Below, piece by piece: positions 13,089 through 25,517 of a stretch of DNA of 63,869 nucleotides. A program made the position numbers and the translations under genes. The stretch is from Octopus bimaculoides (Eukaryota), in NCBI RefSeq assembly GCF_001194135.2, contig NC_068981.1, forward strand, positions 180,082,903 through 180,146,771. The letters run 5' to 3'. Position 1 is the stretch's first letter, and every line of letters begins with the position of its first letter. The notes beneath the pieces were generated by a model. That model saw only the letters and a list, made by a program, of their open reading frames with translations, was not told the origin of the DNA and made no database searches.

Positions 13089-13325
13089 TAGAGAGGTTGG
13101 ACAAAATAATGGAAACACCTAAAATTGCAAACAAATTTATTTTAATATGGGGTTAGGACCGCCTTTGGCAGTAATTGCAGTTTACAGTAAACATCTGGAA
13201 GAAATGCATATTCACTTGACCAAAATGAGACCTGTACTTCTTAATCGATGTAGTCCAATTCTGCTCCATCGCAAAGCTCGGCCACATGTTTCCAAGATGA
13301 TACTGCAGAAGCTCACAGACTTGGG
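13089..13325 (+). mobile_element. Internally deleted Tc1/mariner remnant
   Basis: TIR-like start GAGGTTGGACAAAATAATGGAAACACC after TA; translation PILLHRKARPHVSKMILQKLTDLGYET corresponds to the mariner LLHDNARPH...LQKLxxLGYE motif. Confidence 0.75.
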
Positions 13326-13339
13326 ATACGAAACTGAAT

Positions 13340-13483
13340 TCAATGATTTCTTGGCGTGAAAACCTTTGGTCTGCCTGAGGCTATAGTAGAAAACACTTGC
13401 CCCAGGTGCCACGCAGTGGGACTGAACCTGGAACCATGTGGTTGGTAAGCAAGCTGCTTACCACACAGTCACTCCTGCGCCTA
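13340..13483 (-). mobile_element. SINE family B 5' half
   Basis: Reverse complement of the 61137 head (GGCGCAGGAGTG..TGTGTGGTAAG...). Confidence 0.9.
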
Positions 13484-14014
13484 TGTATGTATGTATGTAT
13501 GTATGTATGTATGCATGCATGTATGTATGTATGTATGCATGTACACGACTAGTATGGTGCATCGTCGTAAGCACACGTACAGAATGATTGAAATTAAAAT
13601 TTCCGAAAAATACTGAAGAATATCTTGCTGCCGTCGGTAAAGTGAAATGACATTGTGATTGTGCTTTCAATCTTCAAATCTTGAAAGTTAATTGTAAATT
13701 CTCCCTTTTCTCTTCTCTCTTTCTCATCTGATTCGAATTATGGACCATATTAGTTTTTATCAAAAATTACTATTTCTGTCAATTTCTATTATTTTTGTTT
13801 CACAATTATTACCAAATATAAACTAATTAATGTTATTCTAGAACACTTTGCTCCGATGAGACACGAAATGTCAAAACAATTCTGCTTGGAAATAATAAGA
13901 GATTAATGATTATAGTTCCTACAAAGTTAAATATGAGGAAACAGATATGGTATCTTCTGTTTAATTAATGAAAGTATGTACTAGAACAAAAAAATATATA
14001 TATATTCTTTTTTT

Positions 14015-14290
14015 TTCTACTCTAGGCACAAGGGTGGAAAATTTGCGGGAGTGGGAGACAATCGGTTAGATCGACCCAACTGGTGCTTGATTTATCGACC
14101 CCGAAAGGATGAAAGGACTGCGGCTATGCTGTACCACCGCCTTTAGTCGAACAAGTCAACCCCAGGACTTATTCTTTGTTAGCCTAGTTCTCATTCTATC
14201 GGTCTCTTTTTGCCGAACCGCTAAGAAACGGGGGATATAAACACACTAACATCGGTTGTTAAGTTACGGTGAAGGAACAAACACACACAC
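14015..14290 (-). mobile_element. SINE family B 3' half fused to a Meta-like body with a distinct tail
   Basis: Minus strand reads ...GCATAGCCGCAGT|CCTTTCATCCTTTCGGGGTCGATAAAT...CCTTGTGCCTAGAGTAGAAAA; junction at 14116/14117. Confidence 0.75.
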
Positions 14291-14769
14291 ACAAATAAAA
14301 AAATACATACACACAAACACACACATATATATACATATATAGCCTGGATATCACAAAGAAAACTGTGTGCAAAAGGCGGATACCCTTCTCTCACTCCAAG
14401 TACTAAATTGTTAGAGAAATATATATATATATATATATATAATCTGATTCTATCTTCCATCCTATCTCTAGAAATACAGCCACCAATTTTCTCTTCCTGA
14501 TTACAGATTTTTGCTCAAGCATGCAGATCAGCTACTCATGTACTATTAACATTGCTTGCTACATATACAGTTAACATCGCTATAGTCAACATTGCATGCT
14601 ACAGAAAGCAAAAATATATATATAACTAGCCCTACACAGATCCCAATAGCAATATCCACCCATTGTGCAGTAGAGGATCCTCCTGCTTGTCAAAAGTTGT
14701 ACTCTTTGGAGTTACTCTCATCACTCGATCGTACCTCAAAAGACTATATGGACTTACCAGCCAATAGCT

Positions 14770-15245
14770 CAAAAGAGTGATTTACACGGCACAAACACCC
14801 AATCAGGTGTGGAGACAGGGAAATTTCGACCTCCCTCTTCTAGTTTATATGGAAACTCAAGAACTGATGAAACAATTTCACCAACATATCACAGATCATC
14901 CTTTGCATGGTTCCTCTAACTCTTCCTCCGTGAGAAACATCATATAATGCAAGATCTTGTGATATCTATTAACAGGAAAACAACCAGCCTATAATTATGC
15001 TGACATCAAAGAAACTCTCAGTTAATTAACTTCAAGATAACTGGCTATTAATACCTCAAAATGATCGGCTAATTCTACTTCACCCATAGAAAATGAAAAG
15101 AGAATTTGAGCGTACTCAAGGGGAAATTATTCCTCTCTACACATTTCATCAATGCCAACATCTAGCAAAATATACTGCTTCTACACACTTACAAATAAAC
15201 CGACATCGATAGTCTGATTACCATACCACATGAAACAGCGTCAGG
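14770..15245 (+). mobile_element. Possible highly degraded Penelope-like GIY-YIG end with hammerhead relic
   Basis: RVIY...VYMETQELMKQFHQHITDH loosely resembles VIY...YIGETxRxLHQRIxEH; CTGATTA...GAAACAGCGTC at 15214-15242. Confidence 0.35.
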
Positions 15246-15526
15246 AGGCAAATATTTCCGTATGCCATCGCTGGTTTGTCCAATTCTATGAGAGGTAAGT
15301 CCGTCTGTTCAGGCACATGCAACAAGTAATAAGTGCATCTGTTGCTGCTCTCCTGTCACCTTTACCACCAATTATTCACACTTTGAACCTGAGTTCATTT
15401 TCCTCTGCATCACTTTGGTCCCATAATATCTGAAATTTAAAACACTCAGATTTGTATCTTGGAAACTTCAAGTATCGCAAATCTAAATCAAGTTGTAAAT
15501 ACGTATCTATCTATCTTTCTATCTAC

Positions 15527-15574
<48 letters not shown>

Positions 15575-15590
15575 ATATATATATACGTGT

Positions 15591-15639
<49 letters not shown>

Positions 15640-15769
15640 TGCGTGCGTGTGTTAATATTTCGCATAGACATAGCGTATTAATAACCTGGTGCCGATATAA
15701 TGCGCTTCAAAACAGCGTTTATCGAAAGGTAACATTTATCGAAAGGAAGCAAGAAATTAAGTAATGATA

Positions 15770-15930
15770 TTCATTAGCTTACAATTGTTTCTGCTATGAG
15801 ATGGAACACACCCACAGTTGAGTATTTGTGTGTATCACCTTACAGCTACGTCGAAGCTATAAGGTGATATACAGGCACTCAGCTATGAGTGCATTGCATC
15901 TTATAGCAGAACCTACTGTAGGTTAATGAA
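15770..15930. mobile_element. Fold-back (palindromic MITE-like) element, about 78-bp arms, 7-nt loop
   Basis: TTCATTAG...GTATCACCTTACAGCT / ACGTCGA / AGCTATAAGGTGATATAC...TTAATGAA; roughly three quarters of arm positions are complementary. Confidence 0.8.
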
Positions 15931-15972
15931 GTCCATGATACAATTTCTTCTCTCTATCATTTATATCATCTG

Positions 15973-16005
<33 letters not shown>

Positions 16006-16520
16006 TGTATGTATGTATGTATGTATGTGTGTATGTATGTATGTATGTATGTATGTATGTATGTATGTATGTATGTATGGCTAAACCTCGATTTGTTTGA
16101 ATTCAGATAACATGAATTTGACTTTGTTCACATTTTTTATGCTACAAATTTTTTGCCTCATCCATCAATTTTCTTTTGGATGTTACTGTGCATTTTCAAG
16201 TAAAATTGGTATTATTCTTTTCTATAATCTACCGTTAGGAAATATGGGAAAAAAAAATTAAAATCGTATATACCACAAAGATTCGGTTTCAAAAAGTGAA
16301 GAGACCAAGTATTACACTAAAGAAGAAATTTGATGCAAAAGCAAACTTTATAACCAACAAAAAATAATTAAAAAAAAAAACATTTGTACCATTGTCTGTG
16401 CATTTTTCTTTGCCTTGTTATTATTATGAATTCATAATATTTTATATGCATACTAAAATATACTTTTATATATACATTCATAATAATGTCTTGTTTGCAA
16501 GACATTATTATGAATTTATT

Positions 16521-16867
16521 CTTTTGCTGTTTTCAGTCATTTGACTGCGGCCATGTTAGAGCACCGCCTTAAAGGATTTTTAGTCGAACAAATCGACCTC
16601 AGGACTTATTCTTTGTGAACTTAGTATTTATTCTAGCAGTCTTTTACCGAACTGCTAAGTTTCAAGGACGTAAGCACACCAAAATTGGTTGTCATGTGAT
16701 GGTGGAGAGGGGGCAAATACAGACCATGCATATATAAATATATACATATATACGACGGGCTTCTTTCAGTTTGCGTCTATCAAATCCACTATAGTAGAAT
16801 ACACTTGCCCCCGGTGCCATGCAGTGGGACTGAACCCAGAAACATATGATCGGGAAAGCTAGCTTCT
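16521..16867 (-). mobile_element. SINE family B, near full length
   Basis: Reverse complement of 61137-61530. Confidence 0.9.
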
Positions 16868-17280
16868 TATTTCTTTATTGCCCACAGGGGGCTAAACATA
16901 GAGACAAACAAAGACAGACAAAGGGATAAAGTCGATTACATCGACCCCAGTGCGTAACTAGTACTTAATTTATCGACCCCGAAATGATGAAAGGCAAAGT
17001 CGACCTCAGCGGAATTTGAACTCTAGAACGTAACAGCATACGAAATACCTATTTCTTTATTGCCCACAAGGGGCTAAACATAGAGGGGACAAACAAGGAC
17101 AGACAAAGTGATTAAGTCGATTACATCGACCCCAGTGCGTAACTGGTACTTAATTTATCGACCCCGAAAGGATGAAAGGCAAAGTCGACCTCGGCGGCAT
17201 TTGAACTCAGAACGTAACGGCAGACGAAATACCGCTAAGCATTTCGCCCGGTGTGCTAACGTTTCTGCCAGCTCGCCTCC
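16868..17280 (-). mobile_element. Head-to-tail dimer of SINE family A (full copy 17050-17280, 5'-truncated copy 16868-17049)
   Basis: Two consecutive TATTTCTTTATTGCCCAC...TTTATCGACCCCGAAA units. Confidence 0.9.
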
Positions 17281-19696
17281 TTGCTTCTTACCACACAACT
17301 ACGCCTGCGCTTATTTGCGTGTATTTCTCTCTTCGTCTGTGTCGTTACGTATTTTTTGTAAATTTTAAACTTTTGATTTGTAGAATAAAATGTACTTTAT
17401 TGAAATACTTATATTACCTAATAAAAATAATCCAAGAAGTATATTTGTTTCTGTTTCCTCTCAAACCAGAGGCCTTTCTCTCTTGCTACCGCTTATCTGA
17501 CATTTCATTCGCAGGCTCCTTTTGTCTACTTTACACCAGTGCTGATTCTAAATAGAAATATACTCAGCCAAGCATAGAGAAAACACAGCTTTAGTTACTG
17601 TCATCGCTGTTAAAGGCACACCCAATTATTCTTTGTTGCTGAATCATTTTCTTTAATTGTATGTGACTAGTTCTCAAAATTCTTTTCCAGTAATCAGTGA
17701 TACAAGCCATGCAGCTGATAAACATTTCAATTTCCTCTGTTGAAAGCTGAGATTCAAGTCCTTAAACCTTAAAATAGATATATTTTAAAATGTACCATCC
17801 ATGCGGGTAATAAGCGCAGTCTTAAAGTACAACCTCGAAAATTGCATGTATATAATTAACATAATCTTCCCTCTTTGCTGCTATTTAACCTCTACCTGAG
17901 GTTAATCAATCTTATACTAATGAATGTTACCATGTTCCTGCATATGATGACAACTATAATTCATATCCGAATGAAGAATATTTCAGTATGCATATAAAAG
18001 TACGATGTGCATGTGTGTTTGTGTTTGTGTGCGTATGTGCATGTGTGCGCACGTGTATGTGTTTGCGAGTGTATTTGTGTGTTTGCGTGTGTGTGTGTGT
18101 TTGTGTATGTGTGTGTGCGTGTATGAGCGTTTGTGTGTGTGTGTGTGTATGTATGTGTGTGTGCGTTAATTAATTAACTATTATCTCAGGAAAAAAAACC
18201 ATTTGGCCATGGAGCCTTCAACAATTCTGGAACAAGTTCAACATTATGAGAGATTTCTAAGATTCGTAGATATCAAGTGTATTAAACATATATTTCCATT
18301 ATCAGTTGCCTCACGGATTTCATTATGGTTTCGATACCTGTGCAGTACCATTCAATCTGGCGATGTCAACAGAAATATATTTATGTGAGTGAAATTAATT
18401 CGTGTCCGAGTACAACCACTTCTTATAACCATGGTTACCCGCAAAAAGAGAGAGTAGGGGAGAGAGAAAGAGTAAGGAGGGTCGTTGGCGATTTCCAGAA
18501 TTAGACAACTTTTGTTCAGACGATCTTTTCTAGGTTCTTCTCGATTAACAGATGAATTTTTTTTTCCAGGAAAGTTCTGCCGAATCATTCGAGTTGCTGT
18601 CGAATATTTCCATCACCATAATTAGGAAAAGAAACTACCAATATCCGAAGCTGCATGCTACGAGCAAATTTGAAATTACAGTCTTCCAGCTAGTTTAGCT
18701 TTATATGTTCCGCTACCTTCCATCGCTGTAGGACTTTTTAACACGAGCGAGTAATTGATTATTGTGAGTGAAATGTGCACCGAACTGCACTCAGTTTTTA
18801 TATATGAGACACTTCATCCTAAAGGCCCAAGCACTGACTAGGACAACCAGAAGCTGAACGATTCTAGAGGCTTTTATATCAAAGTATGCCTCCTCAGGAG
18901 ATTTGTTCTACCAAAAAGCAGTAGTTCGTCACTGGTCGTGCAGTGCACCCGTTCACTACACGTATCACAAGTAACGCTTTGTTACCGCACGATTTTCATA
19001 TAATCGTTAACCTTACATCGGGTTCGTTCGTTCTATGGAGAGGTATAGCTTTTGTCCTGTTTAATTTCTAGCAAACATCCTTACCAGGCATGCCCCTTTG
19101 GGAAAGCTATTTAGTCGCCAACGACCCGACAATGATATATGTAGCGAAGTACATATTAACAAGTGGCACTCTTGAACGGTCTGATGTGTGTGTGTGTGCG
19201 TGTTTGTATGGGTTTGTGTGCATATCACAAGTTACAACGATATAAGTAGTAGCGAAGTATATATTAACAAGTGGCACTCTTGAACGGCTTAACATGTATG
19301 TGTGTGTAAGTGTGTGTTTGTGGAGTCTTGGTTGAAATGTGTGAAGACACAAAAAATAGGTCTTATACAATAATTCATTATGGAGATAGGAAGCAAGAAA
19401 TGGTTTTTATAATACGCTAAAAGAATAATCTCAGATCAATTTACATTAGCGCAGACGTATATACAATACGTAACTTCGATCAAATTTTTGTCGTAATCCC
19501 GATTTATCACTGGTTTGTCTAAAACTGAACTACTTTCTCTTTTATATCCAAAATTGATGAAGCGTTATAAACAGCAATTCTCACTTTCACATAATCCATA
19601 TATTAATACAGTTTCTATACTCAGTAATGTCATTAGCTGCAAACTAGTCTTTTATTCATTTTGTAGATAACATGGGAGCATCGTCCCGTAGAAATA

Positions 19697-19912
19697 GGCG
19701 AGTTGGCAGAAACGTTAGCGGGTCGGGCGAAATACTTTGCGGTATTTCGTCTGCCGTTACGTTCTGAATTCAAATTCCGCCGAGGTCGACTTTGCCTTTC
19801 ATCCTTTCGGTGTCGATTAAATAAGTACCAATTACGCACTGGGGTCGATGTAAACGACTTAATCCCTTTGTCTGTCCTTGTTTGTCCCCTTGTGGGCAAT
19901 AAAGAAATAAGA
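19697..19912 (+). mobile_element. SINE family A
   Basis: GGCGAGTTGGCAGAAACGTTAGC head through GGGCAATAAAGAAATAA tail. Confidence 0.9.
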
Positions 19913-20469
19913 AATATTATTTGATTACTGATATCCATGTTAGTAGCAAATCAGGTAGGTTTTAGATGCGATGGCCATATTTCCGGTATTATACTTACAC
20001 CAGGTCTTCCTTTTGATGAAATACTATCTTCCACAGCGTAAAATAATAGATGGGCAATACTTACTGTGGCATGTAAATACTTGAGATTGGGTTCCATAAA
20101 CAATAAACGAAAGGATCATTGGATGCAAATAGTTTAATAGAAATTTCGTCACTAAACTGACTTTAAATCAAACCTCTATTGGTCAATTTGTATTATAACT
20201 GCAAAACTGCAGACAATCTTTCCTGAATTGGTACGCTTTTTATCGACACTGAAATGTTAACAAACAAAATAGACCTCGGTGGAATTTAATCTCAGACTGC
20301 GCAGATTAGGTACAAATACTACGAGGTATTCTATTCGACATTTGAATAAATCTTTCATATAACAATAGATACATACACATGTACAAACACACATACATGA
20401 ATACATACATGAATACATACATGCACACAGACATACATACACACACGCATGCATGCATGCATACATACA

Positions 20470-20500
<31 letters not shown>

Positions 20501-21086
20501 CTGTTTGTACATAGTTACTGACAGCCGGTGTATTCGAACAAATATAGCCGGTGGTATTTAAGCCTGACCGAATTACCTTTGTTTGTATGTCCAGTTTGCA
20601 TTTCATGTGAAATAACGACAAAATGAGTATCGGACAAAGTCCGGTGTGATTGACTAAACAAAAGCTTGACGGGTAAACCCTAATCTGGCCGCCGTCCAAT
20701 GACTGAAACTAATAAAAGAATTAACAATATATTAAATTTATTTTATATGAAGTAAAACATTAAAACCATGTACATTGTAAAGAGCCATGTGAAGTATTCC
20801 TGTGGGAGCTTTTATAGCTTTATTGATCTGCTGTTGTTCAAACTAATGTTCGTTTTATTTTCAATTGAAACAATCCGATATCAACATGGTAAAGATTAGA
20901 AAAGCATTGGGATATCCTTCAGAAAACTAGTGCTGCTTTGTCTCAACAAATCCAGAGAAAGCAAACGTAGCACTTTTTTATTGTTTAGCTCAAGAACAAC
21001 TTCGTTCACATTGTATCTTTCCACCAGTTATTATTCCTTCTATTTTTATGCATCCTCTATTTATCCATTCAATATGACATACGTAT

Positions 21087-21239
21087 CCAGTCAATATATC
21101 AACTTTCCAGTTAATGTGTCAATTGGCCAATCAACGTGCCAAATATCCCGCCATCGTGTCAAATATCCAGTCAACGCGTCAAATATCCAATGAATGTATT
21201 AATTATCCCGCTGATATGCAATTAACCGGTCAATATGTC
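21087..21239. repeat. Degenerate 20-bp tandem repeat, about 7.5 units (consensus near CCAGTCAAYGTGTCAAATAT)
   Basis: Units start at 21087, 21107, 21127, 21147, 21167, 21187, 21207 and 21226. Confidence 0.85.
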
Positions 21240-21519
21240 TTTCCTTTTCTATAATGATAAGATGTGACTTAAGGGAGATTTGGCTGCCAACTCCAACGTT
21301 TCCCTTGATTTAGGACAACAAATTGAAGTGCGCTGATGAATGTGAAGGAAATAAAAAAAGTATTTTATAAATATCTACTCACAACACACGTTTTATCGTT
21401 TATCAAAACATACCTAATTATTGCTCTTTAAATGTATTTTGAAGCTTAATAAGTCACATATGAAGGTTTTAGTGACTTAAGTATGATTAAAGCAGTACCA
21501 ACAATTATAGTCCAAAAGA

Positions 21520-21762
21520 AGCGGCGAGCCGGGAGAATCGTTAGCACGCCAAGTCGGATAAAATGTTTAGCAGGCTTTCTTCCAGTTCTATCTTCTGAGT
21601 TCAAATGCCAACGAGGTCGACTTTACTTTTGACCCTTTCGATGTCGATGAAAAAAATACACCAATTGAGGACTGGAGTCGATGTAATCGCCTTACCCACC
21701 TCCCTTTCAATTGATGATTTTGTGCTAAAATTTGAAACCCATAATTATAATCAATCTCAGTA
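21520..21762 (+). mobile_element. Degraded SINE family A
   Basis: CGTTAGCACGCC head; CTGAGTTCAAATGCC..GAGGTCGACTTT body. Confidence 0.75.
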
Positions 21763-21974
21763 ATGTTCAGTGGTGTTTCTGACACTATATGTCACTACAA
21801 ATTGCAAAATATAATGTACAATGAACGTGAGGTTTGGAAGCTACGGTAAAACCACAATTAACAGTTTTCTCAGCTTGAAAATTGGTGAAAAACATTAATG
21901 TTCATTAATGTTACAACGAATAAACCCTGGGTAGTTGTATTTAATAAAGACTTGTGGTTTTTATCATACCATAA

Positions 21975-22039
<65 letters not shown>

Positions 22040-22668
22040 NNNNNNNNNNNNNNNNNNNNNNNNNNNNNNNNNNNNNNNNNNNNNNNNNNNNNNNNNNNNN
22101 NNNNNNNNNNNNNNNNNNNNNNNNNNNNNNNNNNNNNNNNNNNNNNNNNNNNNNNNNNNNNNNNNNNNNNNNNNNNNNNNNNNNNNNNNNNNNNNNNNNN
22201 NNNNNNNNNNNNNNNNNNNNNNNNNNNNNNNNNNNNNNNNNNNNNNNNNNNNNNNNNNNNNNNNNNNNNNNNNNNNNNNNNNNNNNNNNNNNNNNNNNNN
22301 NNNNNNNNNNNNNNNNNNNNNNNNNNNNNNNNNNNNNNNNNNNNNNNNNNNNNNNNNNNNNNNNNNNNNNNNNNNNNNNNNNNNNNNNNNNNNNNNNNNN
22401 NNNNNNNNNNNNNNNNNNNNNNNNNNNNNNNNNNNNNNNNNNNNNNNNNNNNNNNNNNNNNNNNNNNNNNNNNNNNNNNNNNNNNNNNNNNNNNNNNNNN
22501 NNNNNNNNNNNNNNNNNNNNNNNNNNNNNNNNNNNNNNNNNNNNNNNNNNNNNNNNNNNNNNNNNNNNNNNNNNNNNNNNNNNNNNNNNNNNNNNNNNNN
22601 NNNNNNNNNNNNNNNNNNNNNNNNNNNNNNNNNNNNNNNNNNNNNNNNNNNNNNNNNNNNNNNNNNNN

Positions 22669-23113
22669 ACACCTCCGAAAGGAGGGGCCCCGCCACGTCA
22701 AAACGGTAGAGGAGTAGGGGCCGAAACCAGACGTGGTTCCTCCTGATGGTGTCTTGAGCTAACTGGATCCTATAAAGGAGCTGTTGTGGTAGCAGACCAC
22801 GAAACATGGTTGAAATTCCTCCTCCATCGGTTACGACGTCGAGGGTCCCAGCTGATACGATCAACGGAACAGCCTGCTCGTGAAATTAACGTGCAAGTGG
22901 CTGAGCACTCCACAGACACGTGTACCCATAATGTAGTTAGTTCTCAGGGAAATTCAGCGTGACACATTGCGTGACAAGGCCGGCCCTTTGAAATACAGGT
23001 ACTACTCATTTTTTCCAGCTGAGTAGACTGGACACAACGCGTCGCCGGGAATTGAACTCACGACCTTACGAACGTGAGCCGAATGCCCTAACCACTGAGG
23101 CATACGCCTTCAC
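22669..23113 (-). mobile_element. SINE with alternative tRNA head plus family C body and a 3' extension
   Basis: Head GGCGTATGCCTCAGTGGTTAGGGC...GAGTTCAATTCCCGGCGACGCGTTGTG; body matches about 6560-6720 of the family C copy, then continues into unrelated sequence up to the gap. Confidence 0.8.
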
Positions 23114-23205
23114 CAGTTCAATACTAAAAACAGAATATAGTTATGCTTTTGGTGTTGGACTTAAAAAGGAGAGGCGAGTAGAACAATAGAGCGAGTGAAA
23201 GAGAT

Positions 23206-23792
23206 AGAGGGTAGGAGAGAGAGATAGAGGGTAGGAGAGAGAGGGTATGAGAGATAGAGGGTAGGAGAGATAGGGTAGGAGAGAGAGAGGGTAGGAGAGA
23301 GAGAGAGAGGGTAGGAGACAGAGAGGGTAGGAGACAGAGAGGGTAGGAGACAGAGAGAGAGAGGGTAGGAGAGAGAGAGAGGGTAGGAGAGAGAGAGAGG
23401 GTAGGAGAGAGAGAGAGNNNNNNNNNNNNNNNNNNNNNNNNNNNNNNNNNNNNNNNNNNNNNNNNNNNNNNNNNNNNNNNNNNNNNNNNNNNNNNNNNNN
23501 NNNNNNNNNNNNNNNNNNNNNNNNNNNNNNNNNNNNNNNNNNNNNNNNNNNNNNNNNNNNNNNNNNNNNNNNNNNNNNNNNNNNNNNNNNNNNNNNNNNN
23601 NNNNNNNNNNNNNNNNNNNNNNNNNNNNNNNNNNNNNNNNNNNNNNNNNNNNNNNNNNNNNNNNNNNNNNNNNNNNNNNNNNNNNNNNNNNNNNNNNNNN
23701 NGGGTAGGAGAGAGAGAGAGGGTAGGAGAGAGAGAGAGGGTAGGAGAGAGAGAGAGGGTAGGAGAGAGAGAGAGGGTAGGAGAGAGAGAGAG
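23206..23792. repeat. About 18-bp minisatellite (GAGGGTAGGAGAGAGAGA)n spanning a gap
   Basis: Direct. Confidence 0.95.
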
Positions 23793-23879
23793 AGTGACAC
23801 ACATACACACAGACAAAGTGAATAGAAAGTAAAGCGTGTGAGTGTAAAAGAGAAATTTTATGAAAATATATAAAAACAA

Positions 23880-24310
23880 AAAGAGGGAGAAGATGAGGAG
23901 GTGATGTAGGAGGAGGAGGAGGCACTGGAGGAAGACTGAGAAGTTTGTTCATAATATGGCCTGGAAGTGAAGAAAGAACTTTGCGAAGAGGCATGGCTTA
24001 AGTATTGAGGACGACGAAGATACGACGGACGTCTTCAACGACTACTAAGAGGAAAAACTGAGAGGTTAAGGATGTGGACGAGGGGGAGGAAGGAGAGGAG
24101 AAAGCGTGGGAGGAAGACGAGGAGAAAGCGTGGGAAGAGGAGGTGAATGAACAGGAAGAGGAAGGAGAAGAAGAATAGAAGGAGCAGGAAGAAGACGAAG
24201 AAGATGAGCAGGATGAACAGGAAGAGGGAGAAGATAAGCAGTAGGAGGAGGAGGAGGAGGATTAGAGTTAAATAAAGGACATAATGAGGGTGGCTAATAT
24301 CAGGGAAGGG
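23880..24310. repeat. Degenerate (GAG/GAA)n purine-rich tract
   Basis: Direct. Confidence 0.85.
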
Positions 24311-24341
24311 GAGGAGACAGGAAGAGACAGAGAGACAGGGA

Positions 24342-24407
<66 letters not shown>

Positions 24408-24639
24408 TTAACGAGAGACAGGGACAGAGCGGGAGGGAGAAAATTTGTTTACTGAAGGAGTAGAGTTAAATAAAGAAATATAGGTGGACGCTTGTTCTTA
24501 CGGTTGAAATTCTAAGATTTAAGGGAACAAGAAGTTTCATTGAACTTGTGTCAGCACATGGAAATTAGGCCAGGGAATTGTTACCGTTAATCACTCACTG
24601 TATTATGCCAGAATAAGATTCTCCCTATTTAATCGATGT

Positions 24640-24956
24640 GGAGGCGGAATACCCCAGTGGTTAGGGCAGCGGACACGCGGTCGGAGGATTGGGGTTTCGA
24701 TTTCGCAGACCGGGCATTGTGTGTGTTTATTGAGCGAAAACACCTAAAGCTCCACGAAGCTCCGGCAGGGGATGGTGGCGACCCCTGTTGTACTCTTTCG
24801 CTCCAACTTTCTCTCACTCTTTCTTCATGTTTCTTGAGTAAGGCTGCGATGGACTGGCGACCCGTCCAGCTCGGGGAAACACATACACCATAGAAACCAG
24901 CAAACCGGGCCCATGACCCTGGCTAGGCTTTAAAAAGGCGCATAAATAAATAAAAA
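24640..24956 (+). mobile_element. SINE with family C head and a different (Ceph/RTE-like) 3' module, perfect 12-bp TSD
   Basis: TSD TATTTAATCGAT at 24626-24637 and 24957-24968. 3' module GCTGCGATGGACTGGCGACCCGTCCAG...CCGGGCCCATGA is shared with 46210-46470. Confidence 0.9.
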
Positions 24957-25336
24957 TATTTAATCGATATCACACGCGATTGTACAGACACGCACATATA
25001 CACACACGCACGGATCGTATTCTTTATTTTATGTTATCGCATAAAGATGCATGATACCAGAAACATGCATAAATATGTTCGGCGTATGTTGATCGCAACG
25101 GAAACTCTTAGATACGGCGATGTAATCCGGTATACCAACACACAATTGTAGAAGGTGCGTGTGTGTATGTGAGTGTGAATGCGTGTGTGTTATATCGCAC
25201 GCACGCACACACGTACACACAGGATGCAAGAGGTATTGTGGAGATATTTGTTAATTTGATAAAACAACTCCACTCAAGCAAAAACCAAATACATTTTAAA
25301 ATTGTGTGTACATATTATTAAGCTTTCTTATAAGAT

Positions 25337-25517
25337 TACTACCTGAATTACCCGGTAATACCCGGAGAAAGCAGGGATTACTTCCAGTACCCGTTCTCAT
25401 TACACATTTTCATGTCCTATCCCGTTCTCTGTTCAGTTCCCGTTTAAATTACAAATAGATTTACAAATACACAGTGACGTGGGATACATTTACAAAGACT
25501 TAGAAATACCGGCTAGT
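25337..25517 (+). mobile_element. Short non-autonomous Helitron-like element
   Basis: 5' TACTACCTGAATTACCCGGTAATACCCGG resembles the 47666 terminus; ends GGCTAGT. Confidence 0.35.
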
